This document shows, piece by piece, positions 43,589-57,298 of a stretch of DNA of 64,000 nt; positions within the stretch are counted from its first letter, which is position 1; each line of letters begins with the position of its first letter. Source of the DNA: an uncultured Chloroflexia bacterium. Lineage in GTDB: Bacteria > Chloroflexota > Limnocylindria > Limnocylindrales > CSP1-4. The position numbers and the translations under genes are program-made. Location: positions 608,001 through 672,000 of the forward strand of contig CAVVYR010000006.1 of assembly GCA_963752475.1 (NCBI GenBank), read 5' to 3'. The notes under the pieces are model-generated. The model was not told the DNA's origin. It saw only the letters and a list, made by a program, of their open reading frames with translations, and ran no database searches.

Positions 43589-44164
43589 CTAAGGTGCACC
43601 AGGAGCCGAGGGCGCACCATCGGCAGGATCGAAGCCGATGTCGGCGGCACAGGTCACGAAGGCCTGCTGGAAGTCGGGGTCGAAGGGGTCGAACGAGCCC
43701 ATGTCGCGGAAGGTGAAGCCCTGGACCGGATCGGGATCGGGGAAGTCCTCGATGCCCTCGCGACGCATGCACTCGGCCAGCACCAGCTGCTGCTCGACCT
43801 GCTCGGCCTGTTGCTCGGGATCGACCTCCGGCATCACGGCCTCCAGGAACTCCTCGCAGGCGTCCATGGCGTCGATGAACGTGTCGCCCGTGAGGTCGAT
43901 GCCCAAGATCACGCTGGGGTCGGCGAAGGTGGGGCCCTCCGGTCCGAACTGCGGATCGGGGATGTCCAGCCCGTTGTCGCGCAGACAGGCGACGAGGTCG
44001 AGGATGGCCTGCTCGTCGTCGAGCTCCTCGGAGGGCGCCTGGGATGCCTCCGCGTCGGGGTCGGGCGTGGCCAGCGTAGCCACCTGAGCCACCGCCGTCG
44101 AGCCGAGCAGCAGCATCAGAAGGATGGTCAGGAGCGGCAGAGCCGCAGCACGATATCGCTTCAT
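43589..44164 (-). CDS. Secreted protein, paralog of the adjacent gene
   Basis: Signal peptide; shared AQVATL mature N-terminus; ACLRDNGLDIPDP and ECMRREGIEDFPDP. Confidence 0.8.
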   Translation of the reverse strand: MKRYRAAALPLLTILLMLLLGSTAVAQVATLATPDPDAEASQAPSEELDDEQAILDLVACLRDNGLDIPDPQFGPEGPTFADPSVILGIDLTGDTFIDAMDACEEFLEAVMPEVDPEQQAEQVEQQLVLAECMRREGIEDFPDPDPVQGFTFRDMGSFDPFDPDFQQAFVTCAADIGFDPADGAPSAPGAP

Positions 44165-44195
44165 GACTGCAGCATAGATCGGGTCCGCACTGTCG

Positions 44196-45497
44196 TCACG
44201 CGTCGGTCCTGGGGTGGTGGTGCATGTGCATCTGCCAGGCCGATCTGCGCGGTTCCTGTTCGCCCAGTCGTTCGGCGGCGCCGTCAGGCAGCCCATCGGC
44301 GTAGCGTCCGTACCACCTGGCCAACGGCGTCGCGCTGAAGCCGTGGAGGATCACCGACAGCACGACCGTCCAGGCCACCACCGGCCCGAGCGGATCGGAG
44401 GGCACCCCGGCATGCTCGAGCGCCTCGATTCCGAGGAGGACGAACACGATGCTCGCGAGACCGCGTGGCCCGAACCAGCCCACGAACAGGATGCTCACGC
44501 GGTCGAACCCGGAGCCGACCAGCGCCAGCGCGACCGGCACCATGCGCACGACCGTGAGCGAGAGCAGGGCGTAGACGACGACCATGGGGTCGCTGAGCTC
44601 GACGATGTGTTCGTGGACCACGATGAGGCCGAAGATGAGCCAGACCACGATGGAGAGCAACGCGCCCTGGGCCTCGGTGAAGCTGACGGCGGACTCGACG
44701 CGCTCCTTGTGGCCCATGCCGAAGGCGAGGCCCGCGGCGAAGGCGGCGATGAAGCCGCTGGCGTCGAGCCCGGCGGCGATGAAGAACGCGCCCAGGGCCA
44801 GCGCCAGCGTGGCCAGCTGGCGTGAGCTCGGCGAAGCGGTCTTGCGGAGGTCGGCGCGGATCAGCAGCCAGCGACCCACGCCGCCGATGAGGATGCCCGT
44901 GAGCGCGGCGACCGCCACTTCGCGGACCGCCTCCCAGATCGGCTGTACGCCACCGACATCGCCGTAGACCGCGAGTGCGATGGCGACGGTGATGAGCGGC
45001 GCCACGATGCCGTCGTTGAGCCCGCTCTCGACGTTGAGGATGCGGCGCACCCGCGCCGGGACCGAGGTGTCGGTGATGACCTGATGGCCCAGGTCGGCAT
45101 CGGTGGGCGCGAGGGTCGCGCCGATCAGCAGCGCCAGGCCGAACGTGATGCCCGGGAAGAGACCCAGGGCGAGGGCGGTGCCGATGGCGACGGTGAGCGG
45201 CAGCCCGATCGCGAGCATGCGCCCGACGACGCTGGAGTCGAGCTCGAGCCGCTTGAGCCGGATGGTAGAGGCGGCAGCGAAGAGCACGAGCGCCAGGGTG
45301 ATCTCCGCGAGCACGCCCAGCACATCTGTCGCTGGCAGCTCCTCCGCGAACCCGCCCAGCCCGGCGCCGGCGATGACGGCACCGATGACAAGGAACGCGA
45401 AGGCCGCCGAGATCGACCAGCGGGCCAACCGGACCGCGACCATGCTGTAGGCCGCCACGAGCAGCGCGAGCAGGCCGAAGCCGAGATGGAGGTCCAC
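44196..45497 (-). CDS. Cation:proton antiporter (CPA1/NhaP-like)
   Basis: LAPTD, NVESGLNDG and GWFGPRGLAS motifs; many TM segments. Confidence 0.93.
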   Translation of the reverse strand: MDLHLGFGLLALLVAAYSMVAVRLARWSISAAFAFLVIGAVIAGAGLGGFAEELPATDVLGVLAEITLALVLFAAASTIRLKRLELDSSVVGRMLAIGLPLTVAIGTALALGLFPGITFGLALLIGATLAPTDADLGHQVITDTSVPARVRRILNVESGLNDGIVAPLITVAIALAVYGDVGGVQPIWEAVREVAVAALTGILIGGVGRWLLIRADLRKTASPSSRQLATLALALGAFFIAAGLDASGFIAAFAAGLAFGMGHKERVESAVSFTEAQGALLSIVVWLIFGLIVVHEHIVELSDPMVVVYALLSLTVVRMVPVALALVGSGFDRVSILFVGWFGPRGLASIVFVLLGIEALEHAGVPSDPLGPVVAWTVVLSVILHGFSATPLARWYGRYADGLPDGAAERLGEQEPRRSAWQMHMHHHPRTDA

Positions 45498-45533
45498 GCG
45501 ACGAGTCTAGTCAGCGGGGCCGAGGCCGGAGGC

Positions 45534-46646
45534 CTAGTCGCGGCGCTTCGTGTACCGGTATCGACGGTAGACGTCCGGCTCACGCCGGGCGACAAGCTCC
45601 GCCAGCGACGCACCTTCGGCCTCGAGCGCCTCGCGGTCCGCAGGCGTCAACGGCTCGAACGGTTCGAGCACGATCCTCGGCCGGTCCTCCCGGTCGGATT
45701 CCGCCCACCACAGGCCGGCCACGTAGCCGTCGACCGTGAACGTCGGCAACACGTCGCCGGCCTTGACGATGACGCGCTTGCGGTAGGGCTCAGGCAGCAC
45801 CCGGTCTCGTTCGGCGTAGGCCAGCAACGTCTCGTCCCACATGGGCAGCAGACGTGGCGGCGCGGGCGTCGCCGCATCGGGGAGGGGAGCATCGGGCAGG
45901 TCGAAGAGGACTCGACCGCGCGAGTCCTCGTAGGTGACGACCTCTGAGATCCGCTCGATGCCGCGCCGAAGGCTTCGGACGGCGAGGCCCGACCACTGTG
46001 CGATGTCGGCCGGGCGCGAGGGGCCGAAGGCGCGCAGGTGGCTGCGTACGACGTGCTCGAGTGCGGCCTCCTCGTCCGGCTCCGGGTCGGGCAGCCAGCT
46101 CCGGGCGGCGATCTGGACCGGGCGGCGCCCGAAGGTCCAGGGCTCCGTGCCGGGGACGTGGACGAAGGCGCCGTGGCGACGGATGCGTCGCCACAGCTCA
46201 TCGGCGGGGACCGACTCGCCGAGGGTCCCGGCATGGTCACGCAGCTCCACGTTGGTCCGTGGCTCGGAGGCAAAGGCCAGCGACTCCTCGGTCAGGTCCG
46301 GCAGCGTCCGTTCGACCGGTCGGCCGCGCGCCTCCTGCATCCACTTGCTCCGCGTGACCGCCAGGAGCGCGGTCACCGAAGCGCGGTAGTCGGCCGTGCT
46401 GACGACATGGAGCGTGCTGCGCCCGAGGGTGGCCTTGACCAGGTCGCGCCGGTGGAGGGCGAGGTTCAGGGCATCGGGCTCGAAGCCGTCACTGCGGGTC
46501 CAGAGGGCGATGTAGGGCGAGGCCGGCTCCTGGGCCTGGAGTCCGCCGACGGCCTCGGTGAGGGCCACGGGGTCGAGGTCACTGCGTCGGAGCAGTGCCT
46601 GGCGTGCGAGCGTGGCCCGGTTGAGTCGTCGATCGGTCAGGCGCAT
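45534..46646 (-). CDS. AlkZ-like (HTH_42) winged-helix DNA glycosylase
   Basis: RATLARQ, GLQAQ, R.TLH and FGP..DIAQWSG motifs. Confidence 0.88.
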   Translation of the reverse strand: MRLTDRRLNRATLARQALLRRSDLDPVALTEAVGGLQAQEPASPYIALWTRSDGFEPDALNLALHRRDLVKATLGRSTLHVVSTADYRASVTALLAVTRSKWMQEARGRPVERTLPDLTEESLAFASEPRTNVELRDHAGTLGESVPADELWRRIRRHGAFVHVPGTEPWTFGRRPVQIAARSWLPDPEPDEEAALEHVVRSHLRAFGPSRPADIAQWSGLAVRSLRRGIERISEVVTYEDSRGRVLFDLPDAPLPDAATPAPPRLLPMWDETLLAYAERDRVLPEPYRKRVIVKAGDVLPTFTVDGYVAGLWWAESDREDRPRIVLEPFEPLTPADREALEAEGASLAELVARREPDVYRRYRYTKRRD

Positions 46647-46656
46647 GGCCCGGCCG

Positions 46657-47511
46657 TCAGCGAGGGAGGTCGCCGTCTCCGGCGTCCTGATCACGCAGGA
46701 AGCGCTCGATCTCGCCGATGAGTTCCTCACCCGACGGCAGACGCGTCTCGTCGGTCATCTCCTCGAGCCGCTCGACGTACGAGGTGGTGGAGTCGTCCGA
46801 CGCCGCAGCCGCGTCCAGCTTGGTGCTGATGCTATGGGCCTCCAGCTCCAGCGCCGAGGTGGAGATGGCCTCGCCGACGTGGTACTCGAGCGCCCGCACG
46901 AGTGCTACGGCCGCGGCAGGGTACTCGCCGTTGACGTAGTGGGGGACCTGGGCGAAGTATCCGAGCGTGGGGATGCCGGCCTCGGCGATGGTGATGTCGA
47001 TGACCGAGACGGCGGCGGCCGGTACCTGCATGGAACCGGTGGGGCCGGCTTCGACGCCGCCCTTGAGCAGACCCTCCGCTGAGGCGATGCCCAGGATGTT
47101 CACCGAGCGCGTGTGCGGCACCGCCGCCGGGATGGCCCCCAGCGTCATCCATTCCTTCACGCCCAGGTCGGCGGCGAGCATGACCAGCTCGCGCGAGAGC
47201 TCGCGCCAGCGATAGTCGGGCTCGGGGCCCATGAGGATCAGTACGTCGCGCTGCTCGAAACGCCGATGCAGCACCCTGAGCTGCGGCCAGTCGGCTGAGA
47301 TGAGGCGTCCGTCGTCGATATGCAGCGCGGGTCGGCGAGCGCGGTAGTCATAGAGCCCGTCGGCCTCGATACCGGCGATGGGCTGGGCATCCTCGGCCAC
47401 GAGCCGGGCGGCCATGGTGGCGGCGGTGCCAGCGTCGACCCAGGCGTCGAAGGCCACGATCATCAACGGGTCGGTGAGTGGCGGGTGGTCGTGCAGGTGG
47501 TACAGGGTCAC
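46657..47511 (-). CDS. PAC2 family protein
   Basis: WVDAG.AA, DYRARRP, GPEPDYRW, VPHTR and QVPHY motifs. Confidence 0.9.
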   Translation of the reverse strand: MTLYHLHDHPPLTDPLMIVAFDAWVDAGTAATMAARLVAEDAQPIAGIEADGLYDYRARRPALHIDDGRLISADWPQLRVLHRRFEQRDVLILMGPEPDYRWRELSRELVMLAADLGVKEWMTLGAIPAAVPHTRSVNILGIASAEGLLKGGVEAGPTGSMQVPAAAVSVIDITIAEAGIPTLGYFAQVPHYVNGEYPAAAVALVRALEYHVGEAISTSALELEAHSISTKLDAAAASDDSTTSYVERLEEMTDETRLPSGEELIGEIERFLRDQDAGDGDLPR

Positions 47512-47563
47512 GTGGCACAGGATAGGTGTGGGGTCCACTTGTCGCAGGCGTAGACTCCGGCCG

Positions 47564-48343
47564 ATGCGACTTGACCGCGCACTCGCCCATGACCTCGCCC
47601 GGGCCTCGCGTTCACGCCCGATCCAGCTGTACCTGGCCATGCAGCTCGCGGCCGCCGCGGTGTTCGTCGTTCGTCGAGACGAGATCACCGTCACGATGGT
47701 GCTGCTCATCTGGCTGGGCCTGGCCGCGGTGGCCTTCACTGCCTGGTGGGCTGGCCGGCACCGACGGGCACATCCGGATCCCGACCCGATGCCGGCAGCC
47801 GGTCCCCGCAGCGCCTTTGCGCTGATCGTGGCTCTTGGGTGGGTCGTTTGGAGCTTCGGCCTCGGTGCACAGCTCGGCTTCCTGCTCACGCTCGTCGGTG
47901 GCGGTGGCTGGGTCTGGTCGTACGTGCGGGCGGGAGGTCACCACGGGCTGCGCGAGCGCTGCCTGCGAGACCCGCGTCCCTTCCTGGGTCTGTACATCCT
48001 CATCGCCCTGCCACGGCTGCTGGTGGTGGGGCCGTTCTACGTGGTCGACGTGGTCTTCGCACTGCCCAGCGGGATCGGCCAGCAGTTGCTCCTGCTGGTG
48101 GCCCTGTTCGCGCCGCTGGAGGCCTGGAGCCGACGACCCGGGTGGGCGGCACTGGCGTCCGCTACGGTCTTTGCCATCCTGCACGTGCCCCTCGTGATGG
48201 AGCCCAACGGCGACGATGTCCCGAGCGCCGTGGCCAATGCGGTCATCTTCCAGCTGAGCGTGGGCTTCATCGCGGTCCTGGCCTATCGACGTCATCGCTC
48301 GGCCGCGGCCGTGGGTGTGGCGCACGCGATGACCATCGCCTGA
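47564..48343 (+). CDS. Membrane protein, CPBP/Abi-like (degenerate)
   Basis: Multiple TM segments; FAILH and AH motifs; the usual EE motif reads QQ. Confidence 0.65.
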   Translation: MRLDRALAHDLARASRSRPIQLYLAMQLAAAAVFVVRRDEITVTMVLLIWLGLAAVAFTAWWAGRHRRAHPDPDPMPAAGPRSAFALIVALGWVVWSFGLGAQLGFLLTLVGGGGWVWSYVRAGGHHGLRERCLRDPRPFLGLYILIALPRLLVVGPFYVVDVVFALPSGIGQQLLLLVALFAPLEAWSRRPGWAALASATVFAILHVPLVMEPNGDDVPSAVANAVIFQLSVGFIAVLAYRRHRSAAAVGVAHAMTIA

Positions 48344-48397
48344 GGCTCATACTCGACCCGTGGGTCGACGTTCGCGATCCATGGACCGATGACCTGA

Positions 48398-48997
48398 TCA
48401 GGAGGACAGGAGGGCGTCGACCCCGAGCGCGTCGGCGTGCTCGGCTTCAGCAATGGCTCGATGATCGGTTCCTACCTCGTCGGCACCGACGCGCGCCCGG
48501 CGGCCTTCGCTTCATGGTCGGGCGCCATCTACGACGGTGAGGTGCAGGCGCCGTTCCTGGCGCCGAGCCTGGAGTCCTGCGAGGCCACTGGGGAAGGCCA
48601 GATCGAGCTCGACCTCGGTTGGCGCACGATCGTCCATAGCTGCGACTACTTCAGCTCGCAGATGGCCGGCACCGCCCTGACCGAGTTAGCGGACTTCGCG
48701 GGCCCGCTCCTGCTCATGGCCGCCTCGGCCGACGCTGCGGTCGACCCCCAAGTGTCCGTGAACGCGTCGACCGCCAGTCAGAGCGAGGACGTCACCCTCG
48801 ACGTCATCGAGGGCGGTGACCACACCTTCCTGGTCCCTACCGAGGATCAGACCATGGCCGACTACGTGATCGACACGACCGCTGATCGGTTCGCCGCGAA
48901 GTTCTTGTCCCGGTCGCTGACGGTACGAAGAGGGCGGGGCGCCTGCATGGCGCCCCGCCCTCTTCGTATGTCTGACGTGATGGCCACGACAGCGTGA
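48398..48997 (+). pseudogene. N-terminally truncated alpha/beta hydrolase remnant
   Basis: VDPERVGVLGFSNG and GGDHTF; in-frame TGA at 48395 just upstream of the nucleophile elbow, with no start or N-terminal half. Confidence 0.6.
48924..48968. terminator. 20-bp perfect hairpin between convergent genes
   Basis: tacgaagagggcggggcgcc-tgcat-ggcgccccgccctcttcgta. Confidence 0.75.
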
Positions 48998-50228
48998 CTA
49001 GCGCGAGGGATCCATCGACAGCGGTACGACCAGCTCGGTCCAGAACTTCTCCTCATCGATGAAGTTCTGGATGGCGGCCTTCTGCGTACCGACTGGGCCG
49101 ATGTCCTCCCGGAACGCCAGACTCCGGCCATAGTCGAGCCCGTCGTTGGTGTCGACATCGACGTAGACGCCATAGATCGGCTGGGGCACGCCGTCCTCGG
49201 GGCGTGGGTCATCGTTCCACGAGAGCACGATCGAGGGATCGATGACATAGCCGGCAGCGAACAGGTCCCAGATGTTGCCGATGGTGATCGGACGATCCTG
49301 TGCGATGCGTGATTCCTCACGCGCCAGGAAGAGCTCCTGCATCCCCGGGAAGGTGCCGTCGACCATCTCCCTGTACTGGTCTTCGGGCATGGCGCCGGTA
49401 TTGGCGTTGGCCTCCAGGCCGGCGATCATCTGGTTGCCGTAGCTCGCGTAGGACTCTGAATCGGGGTCACCCCACTGCTGGCGGACGGCGATCTTGGCGG
49501 CCTCTGGATCGGCCCACCAGTTGAACTCCGCGGATGCCGAGGAGTTGCCTGGCAGGTAGAACGACCCGCCCATGTAGACCATCTCCTTGACGTTCCCCGC
49601 GAACGCAGGGTCCTTCATGATGGCTCGGGCGATGTTGGTGAGGGGGCCGATGGCCACGACCGTGACCTCGCCCGGGTACTTGGCGACCTGATCCACCAGG
49701 AAGCCGATGGCCTCGTCGTTGCCGTCGGCGTCGGGTACGCCCTCTTCGTAGACGTGCTCGTATGTCGGTGCTTCGCCGTACTTGGACTCGTAGACCTCGA
49801 CCCAGTCGGCCATGGGGTCGCCGCCGATGGTCTCGTCGTAGTGGCCCAGGTAGCCAGGCCAGGAAACGACCGGGCTCAAGCCCTGTTCGGCGGCGAGGAT
49901 CTCGGGGTCGAAGCGCCAGTTGCGGAAGCCGAAGCGGCTGCCCGCGTAGATGGGCGTGTCGAGATCCGAGCGCCTCGAGCTGACGGACGCCCGTGGCGAT
50001 GCCGGCCGGCATGGGCGTGTTGCCCGACACGATGGTGACGCCGAGCAGATCGATGTTTTCGGCCCGGTCGAGCATGAGCATGGCCATGCCGTCATCGAAC
50101 AACTCGACCATGTCGGTGTCGAGGATGACCTTCTGGGCCCCCTCGTCCTGGGCAGCGACGGCGCTGCCCGCTACGGATGTCATGAGTGCGCCGGAGATGG
50201 CCAGCGCCAATAGTCTCTTGTGGTGCAA
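48998..50228 (-). pseudogene. Secreted nucleoside hydrolase (IUNH family), frameshifted near 49964
   Basis: Signal peptide and KVILDTD..DD..VSGN in one frame; PIYAG, IGPLTNIA, MGG, AEFNWWADPEAA and WD in another frame. Confidence 0.8.
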
Positions 50229-50373
50229 TTCTTCTCCCCGTTGGAGAGCCCCGTGGTCGTCCGCTCGGGGCGATCGCGACGCTCGAAGCTGTGAGTCTCG
50301 TCAGGGTGAGATGTCGGCTCGCGTGCCTCCTTCCTGTCGACTTGACACCGTGCCGCACCACGCTATCACGCGC

Positions 50374-50397
50374 GCAAACGCTCGCGCAATCGTTTAC
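50374..50397. promoter_or_regulatory. Tandem LacI-family operators
   Basis: Minus strand GTAAACGATTGC-GCGAGCGTTTGC, matching the sites at 58771 and 60124. Confidence 0.7.
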
Positions 50398-50444
50398 ATG
50401 TCGGTCAGCGCAGGACGATCGCGAGCCGCGGTGCTCGCGGCCGG

Positions 50445-53256
50445 TCAGCGGAGGACGGGCGCGGGGTGCGGTCGCTCGAGGAGCCGCTCCATCTCCGCGT
50501 CGAGGTCGATCGCGTCCATCTGCTCGGGCTCGCCGAACCGACGTTCGGCCTCCGTGAGCTCGCGACGGACCTGCGTGGCCAGGAACGGCGGCAACTCCTC
50601 GTCGGCGACGATCGCACGGAGCATGCGCAGGCCGTCGAGATCCCCGCGTCGGGCCATGGCGCCAGCGACCGGGCCGAGGGAGTGGAGCTTGCCTGCTCGG
50701 TCGTCGGCATGGACCAGCTCCAGGCTGTGCAAGCCCCAGCGCTCGGCCTCGTCCGGGCGTTGCGATCCGAGGTAGGCGAAACCAAGTCGAGCGGTGACGA
50801 GGATGAGTCCCCAATGGTGGTTGATCTCGAGGAAGCCCTCGTACGACGCATGGGCGAAGTCGAGTGCCGCCTGGTATCGGCCGAGGCAGTAGGACGTGAA
50901 GCTGGCACGCGAGAGGGCATAGCCGACCCCACCGGCGTTGCCTGCGGCATCGAACTGGGCGAAGGCATCGAGGTGCAGGTCGAGCGCGGCTTCGTAGTGC
51001 TCCGCGAAGTCCTCCAGCAGGGCCAGCTTGGAGACGGCGAAGGCCGTCGCCAGCGGCTCGCCCAGCCCATGGCACAGTGCGTACGAGAGTTCGAACGCCT
51101 CGCGTGCTCCGGCTGCGTCGTCTGTCATCAGGCGAGCCCAGCCGAGCCAGGTCTGGAGTTCACCCCGCACCAGCCGATGCTCGGGAGCACGGAGCGCGGC
51201 ATCCGCCGACTCGAGGGGCTCGAGCGCGGCCCCGTTCTCGTTGCGATTGCAGTGGTCGATGCCAAGGACCATGCGACACAGGGCCACCTCCGTCGTACGA
51301 CCGGTGGCCTCAAGGAGCGGCAGGCTCGCCTTGACCGTGGCATCAGCCGCCTCGTTGTCATCGACGACGGCGTAGGCGAACGCGAGATGTGGTGCCACGA
51401 GGTGCTCGATTGGCGGTGCGGCTTCGTCGCTTGACGGCGTGGCTTCGCGCGCCGCCCCGGCGATCGCCGTCCACATCTCGACGGCGACCGGATCGACGCT
51501 CATGGTCCACAAGGTCGAAGCCGGCAAGAGCAGCGGCTCGACCTCGTCGTTCGGCCAGCGGCTGACGGCCCACTCCATCGCCGTCCGCAGGTTGCCGTAG
51601 TCCGGCGCCAGACGCGCTCGCGTCCTGAGCGAGGCGGACGATTCGAGCGCAGGGAGGTCAGAACGCAAGCGCTCGGTGAGCGCACGCGCGTGCCTGTCGC
51701 GAGCAGCGGCCTCACGGCCCGAGGCGCGGAGCTCGGCCTCAGCGTACTGTCGTAGCAGCTCATGGATCTCGTAGCGGCCGTCGGCGCGGCGCCGGACCAG
51801 CGAGCGGGCGACGAGGTCCGCCATGACGGCGGCGTCGGCGTCCGTGGTGGCCTGCGCCATCTCACGGTCGAAGTTGCCGACGAAGATGCTGAGCCTTGTG
51901 AACACGTCACGCTGACGCTCGTCAAGGAGACGCCAGGAGCCCTCGAAGGCAGCGCGAAGGCTGCGGTGTCGCGGGGGCAGATCGGCCGCTGACGTCTCGA
52001 GCAGATCGAAGCTGGTGGCGATCTCTTCGGCCAGCTCGGCCGCACCGAGGGTGCCCATCCAGGCGGCGGCCAGCTCGATCCCGAGGGGCATGTCGTCGAG
52101 CAGGTCGCAGATGCGCCGGATGTGCGGCCACTCTTCGTCCGTGATGGTCAGGTTGGCGGTCGCTCGACGAGCGGACTCCAGGAAGAGGCGGATGGGCGGG
52201 TCGGTGGGATCCGCTCCGCCCATCTCGGCGTCAGCTCGTCGGAGCCCGCCGATCTCGATGACCCACTCGCCGGAGAGCCCCAGGCGGCGGCGCGAGGTCA
52301 CGAGCAATCGCGTCGACGGTGCCCGCTGGGCGATCTCGGCGAGGACGGCTCCCGCGTCGTCGACATGCTCGACGTTGTCGACGACGAGCAGGCGCGGTTG
52401 GGATGCGAGGTAGTCGGCGACCTGCTGGTGGAGCGTGCGTCCGAAGCCGTGAGCCGCGTCGACGGCGAAACCGATCCCGTCGCAGATGGCATGGACCAGG
52501 CCATCTGCGTCATCGGCACCGAGGGCTGAGGCGAAGGATGTGCTCGTGCCCTGCGTATTCCAGCGCCGGCGGGCGACCTCAGCGGCCAGGCGTGTCTTGC
52601 CGGCGCCGCCAGGGCCGACGAGCGAGACGATGTGGGTCTCGCTGTCGGAGAGCCGCTCGATCGAGCTGCGCGAGCTCCATCTCGCGACCCACGAACGGCG
52701 TCAGCCACGTGGGCAAGTCAGGCTCTGATGCGTCGATCGCGCGCAGCGGCGGGAACTCGGCATCCAGGCCGTCCGCGAGGACGCCGAACAGGTGCTCCGG
52801 CCGCTCGATGCCTTGGAGGCGATGCTCGCCGAGGTCGACCGTGTCGACGTCCACGAGCGGCTGGGTCGTGGCCGAGAGCAGGATCTGACCGCCATGTCCG
52901 GCATCGCCGATGCGGGCACCACGATGGACGTCGAGACCGACGTAGCCTTCGTCGGTCAGCTCGGGCTCGCCGGTGTGGATCCCCATGCGCACCTTGATCG
53001 GCCCACCCGCCAGCCCTTGCTGCGCAACCACGGCCGAGGCCACCGCGCCCGACGCGCGTGGAAAGGCCAGCAGGAACGAATTGCCCTGTGTGTCGACCTC
53101 GCTGCCACCGTGCGCTGCGGCCGCCTCGCGGATGATCCGGCGGTGCTCGGCGAGGGCCTCGATGTAGGCGCCACGGAGCTCTGACAGCAGGCGCGTCGAA
53201 CCCTCGATGTCGGTGAAGAGCAGGGTGACCACGCCGGTGGGGAGATCCGAGCGCAT
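50445..53256 (-). pseudogene. Class III cyclase-STAND ATPase-TPR protein, frameshifted near 52659
   Basis: LLFTDIEGST, RMGIHTG and FVGRE, then after one extra base GPGGAGKTRLA, LVVDNVEH, LVTSR, PLGIELAAA and TPR-like helices. Confidence 0.82.
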
Positions 53257-53273
53257 GAGTGGGGAGCCTCGTG

Positions 53274-54164
53274 CTACGTCCTGGTTCGTTTCCTCACGCG
53301 TGCCAGCGCCCCCTCCCAGCCGGCCTCGATGGGAGCGCCCGTTTCGTCGAGGTCGATGACGACCGGTGCGTGGTCCGATGGCGTGGGTGGACCCTTGCGG
53401 GCGTGTCGGTCGATCTCCGCCCAGACCACTCGGTCGGCCACGGGCTGCGTGCCGTAGAGCAGGTCGATGCGCATGCCCATGTTCTTGTGGAAGGCGCCGG
53501 CGCGATAGTCGTACCAGCTGAAGCGATCGGTCGCGGGCTGGACCGCGCGATAGGTGTCGACGAGGCCCCAGTCGAGCAGGGCCTCGAGCTTGGCCCGCTC
53601 TGGTGCGGAGACGTGCGTGGCGCCATGGGCAGCGCTGGCATCCCAGACGTCGTCGTCGGTGGGGGTGACGTTGTAGTCACCACCGAGCAGCAGGGCATCG
53701 GACGGCCTCGCGACCTCGTCGACCCATGCCGCGAGCCGGTCGAACCAACGCAGCTTGCCCTGGTACCAGGGCGAGTCGAGCTCACGGCCGTTGGGCGCGT
53801 ACAGGCTCGCGACGCGGATACCACCGCAAACGGCGCTGACCATGCGCGCCTCGGTCTGAGGGTCGAAGTCGTCGGCCGTGGGCGCGTCCTTGGTGCTGCG
53901 GCTGGCGCGCACGGGGCCGTCGCCGAAGTTCGTGATGGGCGACTCGATACCGACCTTGCTCGCGATGGCCACGCCGTTCCAGCGGCCCTCGCCGTGGTGC
54001 AGCAGTTCGTAGCCGGCCATGCGGAAGGGCATCTCCGGCGCGTCGTCATCGGAGAGCTTGGTCTCCTGCATCAGGAGCACGTCCGGCTGGGCGCGCTGCA
54101 GCCATAGCTCCACGGCTTCCATGCGGGCCTTGAGTGAGTTGACGTTCCAGGTGGCGATGCGCAT
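53274..54164 (-). CDS. xth: Exodeoxyribonuclease III
   Basis: ATWNVNS, QETK, YAPNG, GDYN, RID and SDHAP motifs. Confidence 0.95.
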   Translation of the reverse strand: MRIATWNVNSLKARMEAVELWLQRAQPDVLLMQETKLSDDDAPEMPFRMAGYELLHHGEGRWNGVAIASKVGIESPITNFGDGPVRASRSTKDAPTADDFDPQTEARMVSAVCGGIRVASLYAPNGRELDSPWYQGKLRWFDRLAAWVDEVARPSDALLLGGDYNVTPTDDDVWDASAAHGATHVSAPERAKLEALLDWGLVDTYRAVQPATDRFSWYDYRAGAFHKNMGMRIDLLYGTQPVADRVVWAEIDRHARKGPPTPSDHAPVVIDLDETGAPIEAGWEGALARVRKRTRT

Positions 54165-54280
54165 CGAAGGGCAGGGTAGCCGCTCGCAGGTGCCTCCGGG
54201 TGTCGCCTATGCGACCCGTACGACGAAGGCCCGGCAGGTGTTGCCGGGCCGCGAGCGTCGTGTAGAGGGTGCGTCGTCCG

Positions 54281-57298
<3,018 letters not shown>

